DNA of 63,706 bases, filler included, from Octopus bimaculoides (GCF_001194135.2; 6 parts of 5 records of this genome joined end to end with filler, not necessarily neighbours in it), one strand, 5' to 3'. Numbered from the whole stretch's first letter, positions 13,543 to 25,723 are shown. Translations and numbers: made by a program. The notes: generated by a model from the sequence alone, not told the origin.

Positions 13543-14307
13543 ACAGGTATCTATTTGCGTGTGTATATTTCTGTATTGGAAACCTAGAGGGCATACTTAT
13601 GGCGAAACAATTCTACAGGCTATATTCATTACAGTCCGGCACTATTCCAAATCTGAGTCTACCACAGGATATTCTCGACGTTTAATGTTTCTGTTAATTC
13701 TTCGCACTAAATCCACGATACCACTTCGTATTTCAGCTGTACTGCACATTTTTGAGCAATAGTCCTTTAATGCCGCAACAGAATCTGGATAATTTCCAAT
13801 CAACAATGGAGAAAATCGAGAACTAACAACGGATATGAACGTCACTAACGCATGCGCATAAAATATCTTGCAGACATATTTGCATGAATTCAACAAACAC
13901 TATTTAGACATGAATAGCTTTCATGCAAAGCATTTCCCCTAAAGGAAATATTTCTAGAGTAAAAAAAAACCCTACAAAAACAAAAAAAGAAGCGAATGAA
14001 TGAATAAGAAAATACCGAAAGAATATAGTGAGAAAAAATAGTATAAAAACGATGGTGGATCACAATATAAAAATTAGTTGACATTTCGAATAAGTAATTT
14101 TTTTTCATAGCCGTGAGATATTCTTATTGCAATTTCATTGTTGATACTTCGTTGCTAAATACAAAAAATAAATGAATGATACACTCACAAATACACAGAA
14201 GACAAGAACAAAATCATGCATCCAAGTTTGTAGCAAGACGTAATTTTGTGTATGTGTGTATGTGCGTATGATAGTGTGAGCGCCCACTATGATAGTAATA
14301 CACCTAC

Positions 14308-14350
<43 letters not shown>

Positions 14351-15043
14351 NNNNNNNNNNNNNNNNNNNNNNNNNNNNNNNNNNNNNNNNNNNNNNNNNN
14401 NNNNNNNNNNNNNNNNNNNNNNNNNNNNNNNNNNNNNNNNNNNNNNNNTATACATACATAAATATATACATATACAGACGTACACACACACATATATATA
14501 TATGCATATGCCTACATACATATACATACTTGCATATATATATATATATATACACACATATAACTTTGTGTGTGTGATTTATAAAAGTGTTCATTGACCG
14601 TAAGCTCTAAACTTTCTCCTCCACATGTACCTTCGAGCGAATTCTATCAACTCCGATTACACTACAAATAAGTAAAATAATGTTTTCACAATAGTTGATG
14701 CTTTACAGACTAGAGTTTTCGAAATCAGACTTATAATACGCAGATACACACGCGCGAGGGCACACACACATTCAAACACACGTATGCGCGCGCAATCACA
14801 TTCACACATTTATATAAGTCAGTGCCAATAATATTCTTGTTTAACAATAATAATTTTGTACTCCACAAAAGTATATGATAACCCATCAGATTAATCTAAA
14901 ATTGTCTTTATTATAACTGAACATAAAAACAAACGTTAACACACACGTACATACATATACATACATATGTGTGTGTGTGCATAAATGTGTGTATATATGT
15001 GTGTATAGTGTTTAAAGTGGTGTACAGATATTGTATATTAAGC

Positions 15044-15209
15044 AAAAGGAGGCAATCAGAATTTTGGATAATTCTTTATTAACGCTTTCGATCGTTTAAC
15101 CGAACTCTTCAAGAAACATTAAAACTTGGTTTTAATTTTTCACGAAGAGTTCGGTTATACGAACGAAAGCGTTAATAAAGAATTATCCACTATTCTGACT
15201 GCTTCTTTT
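15044..15209. repeat. Long inverted repeat (~75-bp arms), probably Penelope-like terminal sequence in inverted orientation
   Basis: AAAAGGAGGCAATCAGAA..GGATAATTCTTTATTAACGCTTTCG..AACCGAACTCTTC pairs with GAAGAGTTCGGTTA..CGAAAGCGTTAATAAAGAATTATCC..TTCTGACTGCTTCTTTT. Confidence 0.85.
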
Positions 15210-15322
15210 TCGTTAATATATGTATGTATATATATATGTATATATTTATTAATGAGGGTAGAAATTGATATTAATCAATCAAAACCAGTGGTCCAGCATA
15301 TTAAAAAAATCCGAAGATAAAA

Positions 15323-15470
15323 ATTATATTACATACAAAAATAAGAGGAATGACCAGCAAAAGTGGACTCTTATATGCTAGAAATAGATGCCGAATCATC
15401 TAACCACGAAAAAAAAAATTTTGTACATATATTTGCTGGTCATTCCTCTTATTTTTGTATGTAATATAAT
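15323..15470. repeat. Perfect 39-bp inverted repeat with a 70-bp spacer
   Basis: ATTATATTACATACAAAAATAAGAGGAATGACCAGCAAA (15323-15361) and its exact reverse complement (15432-15470). Confidence 0.95.
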
Positions 15471-16837
15471 GCTATTTTTGTTGTAGCTGTTATTTAGACT
15501 ACGTCATTTCTGTTGACAAATGATAGTCCAACTGATCATGCCATTTATCTAAATGTGTGTGTGCGTGCGCGCGCGTGTATGCGTGTATGTGTGTGTATGT
15601 ATATGTCTGTGTGTGTGCTTGAATGTGTCTAATTATTCGGAATCTCAAAATAATAATCATATTTTATATATATTTTTTCAATTACTATAAATATTATTTT
15701 AAGAAAATCCAGATGTGAAAACAAACATCTTTTAGAACAAATTAAAGATCCTCGATACCGACATTAAATCCGGTGTTTTTTAAGTCATACAATGCAATGC
15801 TCGTTATTAATACTTAACCTGTCATATGATGAGTAAATTTGAAATTAGACTTTGCCATTGTGATTGATATCAGGAAATATGTTATAACATAATTATAATT
15901 TTACTTCAATCAAATTTTTATACTTATACAGATGATGAAATGAACATTAATTTTGAAACGAAATAACTTGTCACCTTAACATTTATATATGTATGCATAC
16001 ATGCGTGTTTGTGTACGGATATGTACATGTGTATGCGCCTGTGCGTTTGTGCCTGTGCGTTTGTGCATGCGTGTATGTATACAAGTATACCGGAGTGATT
16101 GTGTGAGTATACATGTAAGCATGTGTATTCTGTGTATTTTGATATGTTCATATATTTGTGTGTGTCAATATTTATACGAAGACGCACAGGTTATTTTTTT
16201 TTTAAAGTGTGTCTGTATCTATTCACATTTTACTTATTACGATTTCGCTCTTTATATCAGATATGAATATATTTATCCTTTGAAAGGTCGACCAGATACC
16301 TAGATGCCACCTGCTTCTTGTCCAGCCACACAATCCAAGAAATTGTCCTTTCTAATGCATCTGATGCTACTGAAATACTGAGTTCACTTCTAACAACATC
16401 ATGTGACTCGCTTTGCTATATATCAGCCCATTTTCCAGTTGCTATATTGGACTTCCTGTATTCTTCCATTCGGTAATCTGAACCTTAACGAGCTAGTTTT
16501 CTGTTAGAGGCCTGCGAGTCTTTAGCTCGCTTAGAACCGAATGAAACTATTAACAAATATACATATATTGCGAGGAGAAATAGAAAAAAAAATAGATTGA
16601 AGATAGATTGAAAATACATGCCTGAACTTCACATAGCACATCTAATTCTTCTATGCAGTAGATATTTATCACAAAAGTGGTCTATTAAGTACTTTTGTGA
16701 TAAATGGCTTAAATCAAATTAGTGCTATGACAACATCTACGTAAAAAGCAGGATGTAAATTGTAGAACCTCGAATATACAATGCAAGCAAATTAACTATA
16801 TGTGTACTAAATTTAGACCGTATGTGTGTGTGTATGA

Positions 16838-16874
<37 letters not shown>

Positions 16875-16963
16875 AGAATAAGGGCAGAGAATCGTCAATT
16901 AATAATAGAATTAATAATTAACAATTCTGCCAAGTAGTTCAGTATGAAAAAACCTTTATCGGT

Positions 16964-17063
16964 NNNNNNNNNNNNNNNNNNNNNNNNNNNNNNNNNNNNN
17001 NNNNNNNTTAATTAATTAANNNNNNNNNNNNNNNNNNNNNNNNNNNNNNNNNNNNNNNNNNNN
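16964..17063. other. Assembly spacer: N44-TTAATTAATTAA-N44 (also at 26167, 39363, 55156 and 60157)
   Basis: The identical 12-mer is centred in N runs five times; not biological sequence. Confidence 0.95.
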
Positions 17064-17424
17064 CTGACTTCATAGTTAACAGCTATTAAACATCAAACCT
17101 CTTGATAAATGCTGTGGAGGTGGTTCAGAGAACCTTAATTCCAACATCTGTTCACTGTATCACCAACACCAATGTCTATTTGTAATTAGACTAATATCTT
17201 TCTTATATTGATTAAAAGCACATGACATACATGGCTAATGTGAATCACCAGGCTGTTTTATCGCTGTTGCGTGTTAAATTTTGGGTTTAGAAGCTCTAAC
17301 TATGCCACTATAATATCTCAGTTACACAAAAGTAAACAGAATTACTATCTAGCCTTAAAATACATCGTACATATTCAAAGAATATGGTTTAGTGGTAGGG
17401 AACGTTTTTATGATATTCTTTTCT

Positions 17425-17580
17425 GATGGTGGCCATGCTGGAGCACTTTCATTTAGTCAAAGAAATCAACCCCTGGACTTATTCCCCGTAAGCCTGGTGC
17501 TTATTCTATCAGTCTCTTCTGCTGAACAGCTATGCTATGGGGATGCAAACACCGGTTGTGAAACAATGGTGGTAAGGGAT
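17425..17580 (-). mobile_element. SINE family A, 3' half
   Basis: Reverse complement of the AAGTCC..GGTCGATTT..GACTAAA..GTGCTCCAGCATGGCC tail seen at 59.1-59.2 kb. Confidence 0.75.
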
Positions 17581-18807
17581 ATATACTTTATTAAAAAGCA
17601 GCAAAAATATCACCAAAACTGTTACTTAGAGTTTCATGTTCCTGTTCGTTGGACAGTTTTGTTTAGAACATGTGTATGTATATATATATATATATNNNNN
17701 NNNNNNNNNNNNNNNNNNNNNNNNNNNNNNNNNNNNNNNNNNNNNNNNNNNNNNNNNNNNNNNNNNNNNNNNNNNNNNNNNNNNNNNNNNNNNNNNNNNN
17801 NNNNNNNNNNNNNNNNNNNNNNNNNNNNNNNNNNNNNNNNNNNNNNNNNNNNNNNNNNNNNNNNNNNNNNNNNNNNNNNNNNNNNNNNNNNNNNNNNNNN
17901 NNNNNNNNNNNNNNNNNNNNNNNNNNNNNNNNNNNNNNNNNNNNNNNNNNNNNNNNNNNNNNNNNNNNNNNNNNNNNNNNNNNNNNNNNNNNNNNNNNNN
18001 NNNNNNNNNNNNNNNNNNNNNNNNNNNNNNNNNNNNNNNNNNNNNNNNNNNNNNNNNNNNNNNNNNNNNNNNNNNNNNNNNNNNNNNNNNNNNNNNNNNN
18101 NNNNNNNNNNNNNNNNNNNNNNNNNNNNNNNNNNNNNNNNNNNNNNNNNNNNNNNNNNNNNNNNNNNNNNNNNNNNNNNNNNNNNNNNNNNNNNNNNNNN
18201 NNNNNNNNNNNNNNAAAAGACACGAACTATGAAAGAAGGTGGATAAGTACCGGGAGTGGGGGAAAGAAGAGAGAACTAACAGTCGATCATTCTAGAACTT
18301 CCAGAATAAAAATGTAAACACCTGAAAGACTCTCTCTATACATTAAATGTCTTTCCCTTTTCATTGTTAAAAGTAATGAAGCTCGAAAAGATTGATTGTA
18401 TTTCAGTCTTATTGCCCTTATAAATGACAGGCTTTCTTTTCTCTGTCACTTCACTCCTTTTCTCTACAGTCCAGAGAGTAAAGATACTTGGCTCAGTGGT
18501 TAGGGGGTTTTTGGCCCACGATCGTAAAGTTATGAGTACGATTCCCTGTGGTGCGCTGTGTTTTTGAGCAAGGTACTCCACTTCAAAGTCGACTTAGGCA
18601 GAATTTGATTGCAGAACGTAAAGACGGATGAAACACCACTAAACATTTGCTTGGCGTGCTAACAATTCTATGTTTGCCATGATTTTGTGGTTAATAATTA
18701 TTGCTACTCTAGGCACAGGAACTTGAAAATTTTTGGGTGAAGGGGGCTAGTCGATTACGATTGACTGTTCTTTCTAGCAGATTGAGCGATCAAGTAGAGG
18801 CTGACGT

Positions 18808-19151
18808 TGTTGGCACTCCGCCGCTGATCCGATCAACGGAACAGCCTGCTCGTGAAATTAACGTGCAAGTGGCTGAGCACTCCACAGACATGTGTACCCT
18901 AAACGTAGTTCTCGGGGATATTAAGCGTGACACAGAGTGTGACAAGGCTGACCCTTTGAATTACAGGCACAAAAGAAACACTAAGTAAGAGTGAGAGAAA
19001 GTTGTGGAAGAGTACAACAGGGTTCGCCACCATCCCCTGCCGGAGCCTCGTGGAACTTTAGATGTTTTCGCTCAATAAACACACACAACGCCCGGTCTGG
19101 GAATCGAAACCGCGAGTCCGCTGCCCTAACCACTAGGCCATTGCGCCTCCA
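18808..19151 (-). mobile_element. tRNA-derived SINE, family C
   Basis: Minus-strand head TGGAGGCGCAATGGCCTAGTGGTTAGGGCAGCGGACTCGCGG..TTCGATTCCCAGACC (A and B boxes); near-identical copy at 25.4-25.7 kb. Confidence 0.9.
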
Positions 19152-21346
19152 CTGATGCTCCAATACCAATAGGGTAAATATGCACACAACTAAAATCTTT
19201 GTTCATCGTATCCATAGAAGATAGAATAGAGTTATGTCCCTTGCATCTATCACAACCATTTCCTCTAGTGTTAATATAGTTAACTTATATCTTCTCGTCT
19301 ATATGACAAATCTTGGAAGGTGAGCAGCAAAATCTTCGAAACACACCCTATCAACTTAATAGAGAAAAATGAACTCATTAAGTTATGTAGTCCTAGCTGT
19401 TCTGTGCTCATTATCTCAGACATCGTGCCTGGATCATAAAGTTTGGTTGCTTAGTCCCAGGCCGGTACCTTTAGTCTCAGACAGGTCCATGATCAACGGT
19501 AGCCATTCCACATATTTTTTTTTTTATCAGGGGGAAGACTAAATTACCCTAAGTATCCTTTATTTCAGATAGTAGGGTGTGAATTAAGTGATATTTGACT
19601 GTTCTTTCTAGCAGATTGAGCGATCAAGAAGAGGTTGACGTATTGCTCTGAAAAAGATATTCTTTAACACATTTCGAGTTCAAATCCCACCGGATCTAAC
19701 TTTTAGCCTTATGGAGCCAACAAAAACATGTAATTGTTGTTATTGTTTAACTCCAGGTAGGACCCGATTGAGAAGATTTATGACGAAAGATATTCGAGGT
19801 TTTGTTTTGTCTTTAGAGATAACATCTCTAGTACTAAGCTGACAAAATGCCTTGCAGTATTTGATACAGTTTTATACGTTCTGAAATTGAAATCCTACTG
19901 ATAACAGCAGTGGTTTTCATCCTTCTGGGTTTCAATAAGAAAAGGTATCCGTTCAGGGTGACAGACAGGTGTAATTATTAAAATGGTAAGTAGAACGCTT
20001 TGGCAAGAGTTCAGACAGGTGTAGTCAAACCTGACTGTATGCAGGCAGTAAGGTGATGTCTTTGAACAACTACCCAACGTGAGGTAACAACAGGTAATTA
20101 TTTTTGTTTCTTAGCAGGAAAAACCCAGGAGAAGAATATTACTTTTATGAAGGAGGTCACCAGGAGTCGTCGTTCATCGACCTGGTGGTTCAATAACGAA
20201 GTATCATGGACTACATTTAACTTGGATTTCATATTTCGTGATCGATCGACACGATGGAGGTAGCATTAAATTGCCCTCAAATCACGACAGTAGTAAAAGA
20301 CATTGTATAATGTTATCTTAGATACACTATAAGTATAAATGGTGGACATGACTGGAACACCTGTGGTCATATGCCAGCTCAATCATTGCTATCTTAGGGT
20401 GGAGAAATAAAAATAACATATCGTCACAAACTGGTTTTTGCCACTATTTCTAACAAGTACTGGGAGCCATAGCATCGATTAAAGCCCTCCATAGTGGTGT
20501 CCATAACTTAATCAGACCTTAAGTTCTTGGATATGTTTAACAGAGGTATCTGGGTTATTTCACTAACCAGTTCCGGAAAACCTGGATAAATAAATAGTTA
20601 GGGACATTGCCCTTTGTACTCCGACTAAACTGAAAAACAAAATTCTGCCGCGATCAACTTTTTCTTTCTTACTTTATTGTATTCGGGGTCGATCCAATAA
20701 AGTATCAGTTGAATATCGAAATCGATTTTCTCGACTGTTCTCAACTTGATAAATAATTTGAGACTTTGTCCGTATGTTACAAGTAATGACTACTTTTCTT
20801 TTGTCGATAAAGAAATATTTTCAATGCAATGAACCAACCAAAATTTTTGTAGATTTTATAAATTCACGAATCGAAACATTTTGTAGATTTTTCAAAATAT
20901 TCTTTTATGATATTCTTTTTCTTCATTCGAGAAATTTAAAGGGAAGTAATAAAGTTTGTAGAATCTATTACCTCCCTTTATTCGCAAACGCTTTTATAGT
21001 TCTATTATGACGTCACAATTTGCTACCGATTTTCTTTAGGTTTTGACTTTTCCCTCATATTATAAATGCTTCGGCAGACTCCAGCGTTGGATTTATAGAC
21101 AGTCTCTTGTCCATAATCAACTCAGTGTTGTATTATTTTACCAACTTCTATATATTTTTGATTTTTTCGTTAGAGAGGGTAGGCAAGAGAGCGCCTATTT
21201 GTTTAGGGGTCTCCGAGGTCGATAAGAGGAAACAGTAAATTATCCCTAGACCACAAACATGGTCTCAGTGACGGTAACAAAGTAAAATCTGCCGAAGGCA
21301 TCCAAGGACCAGGTGATGGTGTTAGACTGTTGGATGGAGGTGGAGG

Positions 21347-21428
21347 TAAAGAATACGCACACCACCCGTTTTCGGTGTAACCCTAACTCCTAACCCTAAC
21401 CCTAAATACTGGGTGTGCATATTCTTTA
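21347..21428. repeat. Short IR-flanked element containing (TAACCC)n telomere-like repeats; Helentron/DINE-like relic
   Basis: TAAAGAATACGCACACC ... GGTGTGCATATTCTTTA (16/17 inverted match) enclosing TAACCCTAACTCCTAACCCTAACCCTAA. Confidence 0.6.
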
Positions 21429-21799
21429 TCTTTGCCTGGATGGATTAAGTGTACCACCTCAGAAAATAGAATGCAAAAAGCAGGAACAAATACTGCAAGA
21501 CATATCTTAGAATGATCTAATAATTCCACCTCCATCGACTGGTAATTTATTGTATCAATCTTGAAAGAATGAACGGCAAAGTTGACTTCAGCCAAATTTG
21601 AATTCAGACTTGAGACTTGAAAGCAGGACGAATATCCATACTTTTGTCTACTCACTGACAGCTCTATGATTCCGTCATTTTTCAATGACTTAATGATTGG
21701 TAAGCACTTGAGTCTACACATAAACTAATGAATATGTGTGGATATTCTTGAGTATGTCTATATATTTGTGTGTTGCAACATACATCTGGACACATTGTC

Positions 21800-22182
21800 A
21801 TTTATGTGACCTGTAGTTCGACCCATGGGCACGAATGACCATGGGTGCACCTAAGAGGTTCTCCTCTAGGGTACAAGTCTGGGCGGAAAATCGCCTCTCC
21901 GGCAAATGCACAACTTAGGATTGTTTTTATGGAAGACTAACAGTCACCCATGCATACCAGCCTCCCCTCTACACACCACTGATGTTATCCTTCAAGGGAA
22001 AGGCAAAGGCTGATACAGCTTGGCACCAGTGATGTCACAACTCATTTCTACAGCTGAGTGAACTGGAGCAACGTGAAATAAAGTGTCTTGCTCAAGAACA
22101 CAACACACAGCCTGGTCCGGGAATCGAACTCACAACCTCACGATCATAAGCTTGATGCTCTAACCACTGAGCCATGAGCCTT
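21800..22182 (-). mobile_element. tRNA-derived SINE (family C-related head)
   Basis: Minus-strand head AAGGCTCATGGCTCAGTGGTTAGAGCATC..GTGAGTTCGATTCCCGGACC; body segment CAGCTGAGT.GACTGGAGCAAC shared with the 59.6-59.9 kb copy. Confidence 0.8.
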
Positions 22183-22199
22183 CTACATTAGACAACACA

Positions 22200-22960
22200 T
22201 TGAAACCAGCTGGACTTCATGAAGCTTGGACTTCTGTTCCAGTAGCAACCACCCACCGATCATTCTTCATAATCTAAGACTGTCATGCAGCTGTTTCTTT
22301 GACTGCTCAAAAATGGGGGCCCCCTTGTTTACCACTCATGCAAAATCCCAGCTGATTGAGTTAGTTGCTGTGTCATCATCTTGCAAAACGTCTACAAATC
22401 TTAATATAACTTCCATCCACCGTATAGGCAATTCTCCACCAGTTTTGATGTCTCTGAGGTGATGATCATGTTTGGCTGTAGCTAAGTTGGTACAATGGGC
22501 TGCAGAACCTTCACCTTTTTGTCCAGATTGTCATTCAGTTGCCAGTCAGAGGCCGTGGAGGAGGCCTGACTGTATTATAGGTCATGATACAGTTTCTCTC
22601 CCACTTTGTGAAAGGTCAGTGACTTCATGCAGAAATATAGTGTTATTTTACGGTGCCATAGTGGTAGTACATGTGCTTTCACTACCTGATTGTAGCACTG
22701 TCAATAGTGGCTTTCACCAAGAACATTTGGTCCACTTTTGATGAAAAGTTTTTAACAATATCTCCAAGTGTAGCATAGGCAGGAAAGTATCTTGCACTTG
22801 TCCCAAGTAAAGATGCTTTTGGCTTTGCCATTCGGTGTCTCTGGGGGTAAGCCTACCACTTTAACTATTTTCTTTACCCTCAGTGTCATCCCTATTATCA
22901 TACAGATGCTATCTTGTGGTAGTTTCAGGACACATCTTATTGACACTGCCATATACACTT
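22200..22960 (-). mobile_element. HERO/NeSL-like (R2 superfamily) non-LTR retrotransposon, decayed C-terminal REL domain
   Basis: Minus-strand TFHKVGEK..SSTASDWQLNDNLDKKVKVLQPIVPT*LQPNMIITSETSK resembles the HERO-type pattern, recalled from memory as FVRAGEK..TASDWQL.VDL..FP..I..T.LRPD..SE.SK. Confidence 0.65.
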
Positions 22961-23403
22961 CATTGATATAATGGGAAATTTCCCATTACATTTCAAATAG
23001 ATTTAGCATTGAGTTGCTGAAGCAGAAAAATTGTTATAGCAAATATTCTTCTCAATACCGTTGATTTGCTTGTCAGTTGCTTCACCTTGAGCATATTCTT
23101 GAGTGGCTGACAACATGTGCATCTCTGCTGATAGGCAAGAATAGTTGGGGAGCATCATAGCCGTTTCCATACTTTCCAGGGGTAAGCACACAGGGAATAA
23201 CTGTTGTTGCCCAAGAACAAAAATCATTTCATACAGTGTAACCTGTATTCTTATGTTCATATATTTGTCTGTGTTTGCGTGTATACTTATATTTCTATAC
23301 AACAATGTCGCTACCTATATTTATATATATTTTTCTTATTCTTACTTTTTCTATCTTTCTCTGATTCTATCAATCTACCTGTCAATCTACCTCTCTGTCC
23401 TTC

Positions 23404-24568
23404 CATCTCAAGACTCAAATTTCAAATCTCATCTCTCCTATCTCAAATTCCAATTTTGAAAACTCAATTTCTCAAATTTCAAAACTCATTTTATGAAATC
23501 CAAATCTCAAATCCTAAAATTCATATCTCAAATCTCAAAAATTCACATTTTTAATCTCTGATCAGATTTTAAATATCACGACTCAAGTTTCAAATAACAT
23601 ATTCCGTATTTCAAATTTTAAATTCCAAAACTCAAATTTCAAAGTTCATAACTCAAATTCCAAAACTCAATTCCTCAAATCTCAAAACTTGTTTTATAAA
23701 ATCCAGATCTCAAATCACAGAACTCAGATGTTCGAGTCTCAAATATCAAAACTCCAAAATCATTTTTAAAAATCCAGATCTAAAATCTCAAAATTCGTAT
23801 CTGAAATCTCAAGAATTCAAAATCCCAATCTCAGTGATGAAATCACAAATCTCAAGACACAAGTTTCAAATCTCTTCTCTCATATCTCAAATTCCAAACT
23901 TGAAAACTCAAATCTCAAATTTCAAAAAAAAATCATTTTACAAAATCCTAGTCTCAAATCTCTAAATCCATATCTCAAATCTCAAAAATTCACATTGTTT
24001 CTCTCAATGATCAAATTACAAATATCAAGATTCATCTCTCATATGTCAAATTCAAAATTTCAAAACTGAAATTGCGAAGTTCATAGCTCAAATTTCAAAA
24101 CTCTGTCCTCAAATCTCAAATTACAAAATCCAAATCTCAAATCACAGAATTCAGATGTTCTAATCTCAGATTTCAAGATTCCAAAATCATTTTTCAAAAT
24201 CTAGATCTAAAATCTTGAAATTCATATCTCAAATCTCAAAAATTCAATATTCAAATCTCAGTAATGAAATTACAAATCTTAAGATTTACGTTTCAAATCT
24301 CACCTTTCATATCTCAAATTCCAAACTTGAAAACTCACTTTCTCAAATTTCAAAACAAATTTTACAAAGTCCAAATCTCAAATCTCAAGAATCCAATATC
24401 TTTTTCCTCAATGATCAAATTTCAAATCTCAAGACTCAAGATTCAAATATCATATTCTACAATTCAAATTCCAAATTTCAAAACTCAAAACTCAAACTTC
24501 AGTGTTCATAACTTAAATTCCTAAGCTCAGTTCTTCAAATCCAAAATCTCATTTTATAAAATTCAAAT
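23404..24568. repeat. Higher-order satellite: ~430-445 bp unit (~2.6 copies) built from degenerate TCAAA(A/T)(C/T) heptamers
   Basis: TATCTCAAATTCCAA.(T/C)TTGAAAACTCA recurs at 23439, 23883 and 24310; CACAGAA.TCAGATGTTC recurs at 23716 and 24143. The top strand is strongly G-poor. Confidence 0.9.
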
Positions 24569-24599
24569 TATAACAGGCAAATTAACAATAAGACGAAGA

Positions 24600-25016
24600 C
24601 TTTTTCTTATTGCTGAAGTATAACCAATTTTATTGCCTTCACAGAGTTTACCGTTTTACAAAATCAAACTAGAAAACTGGAGAAAACAGAGAACACAATT
24701 GAAAAAATTAAAAAGAGAAAACGAAAAAAGAGAGAAAAGGAAAAAAAACCCCCCCAAAATAAAACAATTCATCACCTAGGGTTGAAAAGTTGGGGACGCT
24801 GGGAAACCTTTCTAATGGCTATTGAGGCACGCCAGCACTCTTGCAGCGTTGCCGTTGGTGATGACGAAGCTGATGCGTTGGAACAACCAAGCGCCCTCAT
24901 GAGCTTCACCAGTTACCTCTGCAAGGCGAGTTGCCAGTGAAGACAGGAATCTCGCAGTTAGTGGTACGACCCCACCAAATGCCTCAAATGCCACAGGATG
25001 GAAAATGTAGTTGGCC
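24600..25016 (-). mobile_element. CRE-clade non-LTR retrotransposon C-terminus and 3' UTR (upstream part lost in a gap)
   Basis: FHPVAFEAFGG..LFQRISFVITNGNAARVL matches the CRE-type REL C-terminal pattern (P.A.E..GG..FQR.S..IQRGNA). GC-rich, uninterrupted frame, followed by a T-rich UTR with AATAAA. Confidence 0.8.
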
Positions 25017-25437
25017 NNNNNNNNNNNNNNNNNNNNNNNNNNNNNNNNNNNNNNNNNNNNNNNNNNNNNNNNNNNNNNNNNNNNNNNNNNNNNNNNNNNN
25101 NNNNNNNNNNNNNNNNNNNNNNNNNNNNNNNNNNNNNNNNNNNNNNNNNNNNNNNNNNNNNNNNNNNNNNNNNNNNNNNNNNNNNNNNNNNNNNNNNNNN
25201 NNNNNNNNNNNNNNNNNNNNNNNNNNNNNNNNNNNNNNNNNNNNNNNNNNNNNNNNNNNNNNNNNNNNNNNNNNNNNNNNNNNNNNNNNNNNNNNNNNNN
25301 NNNNNNNNNNNNNNNNNNNNNNNNNNNNNNNNNNNNNNNNNNNNNNNNNNNNNNNNNNNNNNNNNNNNNNNNNNNNNNNNNNNNNNNNNNNNNNNNNNNN
25401 NNNNNNNNNNNNNNNNNNNNNNNNNNNNNNNNNNNNN

Positions 25438-25723
25438 CCACAGACACATGTGTACCCTTAACGTGGTTCTCGGAGATATTCAGCATGACACAGAGTGACA
25501 AGGCTGACCCTTTGAATTACAGGCACACCAGAAACAGGAAGTAAGAGTGAGAGAAAGTTGTGGTGAAAGAGTACAGCAGGGTTCGCCACCATCCTCTGCC
25601 GGAGCCTCGTGGAGCTTTAGGTATTTTCGTTCAATAAACACTCACAACGCCGGTCTGGGAATCGAAACCGCGATCCTATGACCGCGAGTCCACTGCCCTA
25701 ACCACTAGGCCATTGCACCTCCA
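25438..25723 (-). mobile_element. tRNA-derived SINE, family C (truncated by a gap)
   Basis: Near-identical to 18880-19151. Confidence 0.9.

Noticed and set aside
13570-13900. CpG-containing unique stretch with an 84-aa minus-strand ORF
   Set aside because: No recognisable domain and weak splice signals; cannot be called without a search.
16280-16560. Minus-strand RLPNGRIQEVQY, reminiscent of a chitin-binding motif
   Set aside because: The frame is closed by nearby stops and the match is too short.
16664-16705. 15-bp perfect hairpin ATTTATCACAAAAGT / ACTTTTGTGATAAAT
   Set aside because: AT-rich and short, with no associated element ends; not interpretable.
17008-17019. TTAATTAATTAA recurring inside gaps (17008, 26167, 39363, 55156, 60157); could be mistaken for a conserved motif or PacI site
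   Set aside because: Always centred in N runs totalling ~100 bp; an assembly or scaffolding spacer with stops in all frames.
19030-19151. tRNA-like sequences with A and B boxes (also 22.1, 25.7, 44.3 and 59.9 kb)
   Set aside because: They are SINE heads continuous with SINE bodies, with no complete cloverleaf.
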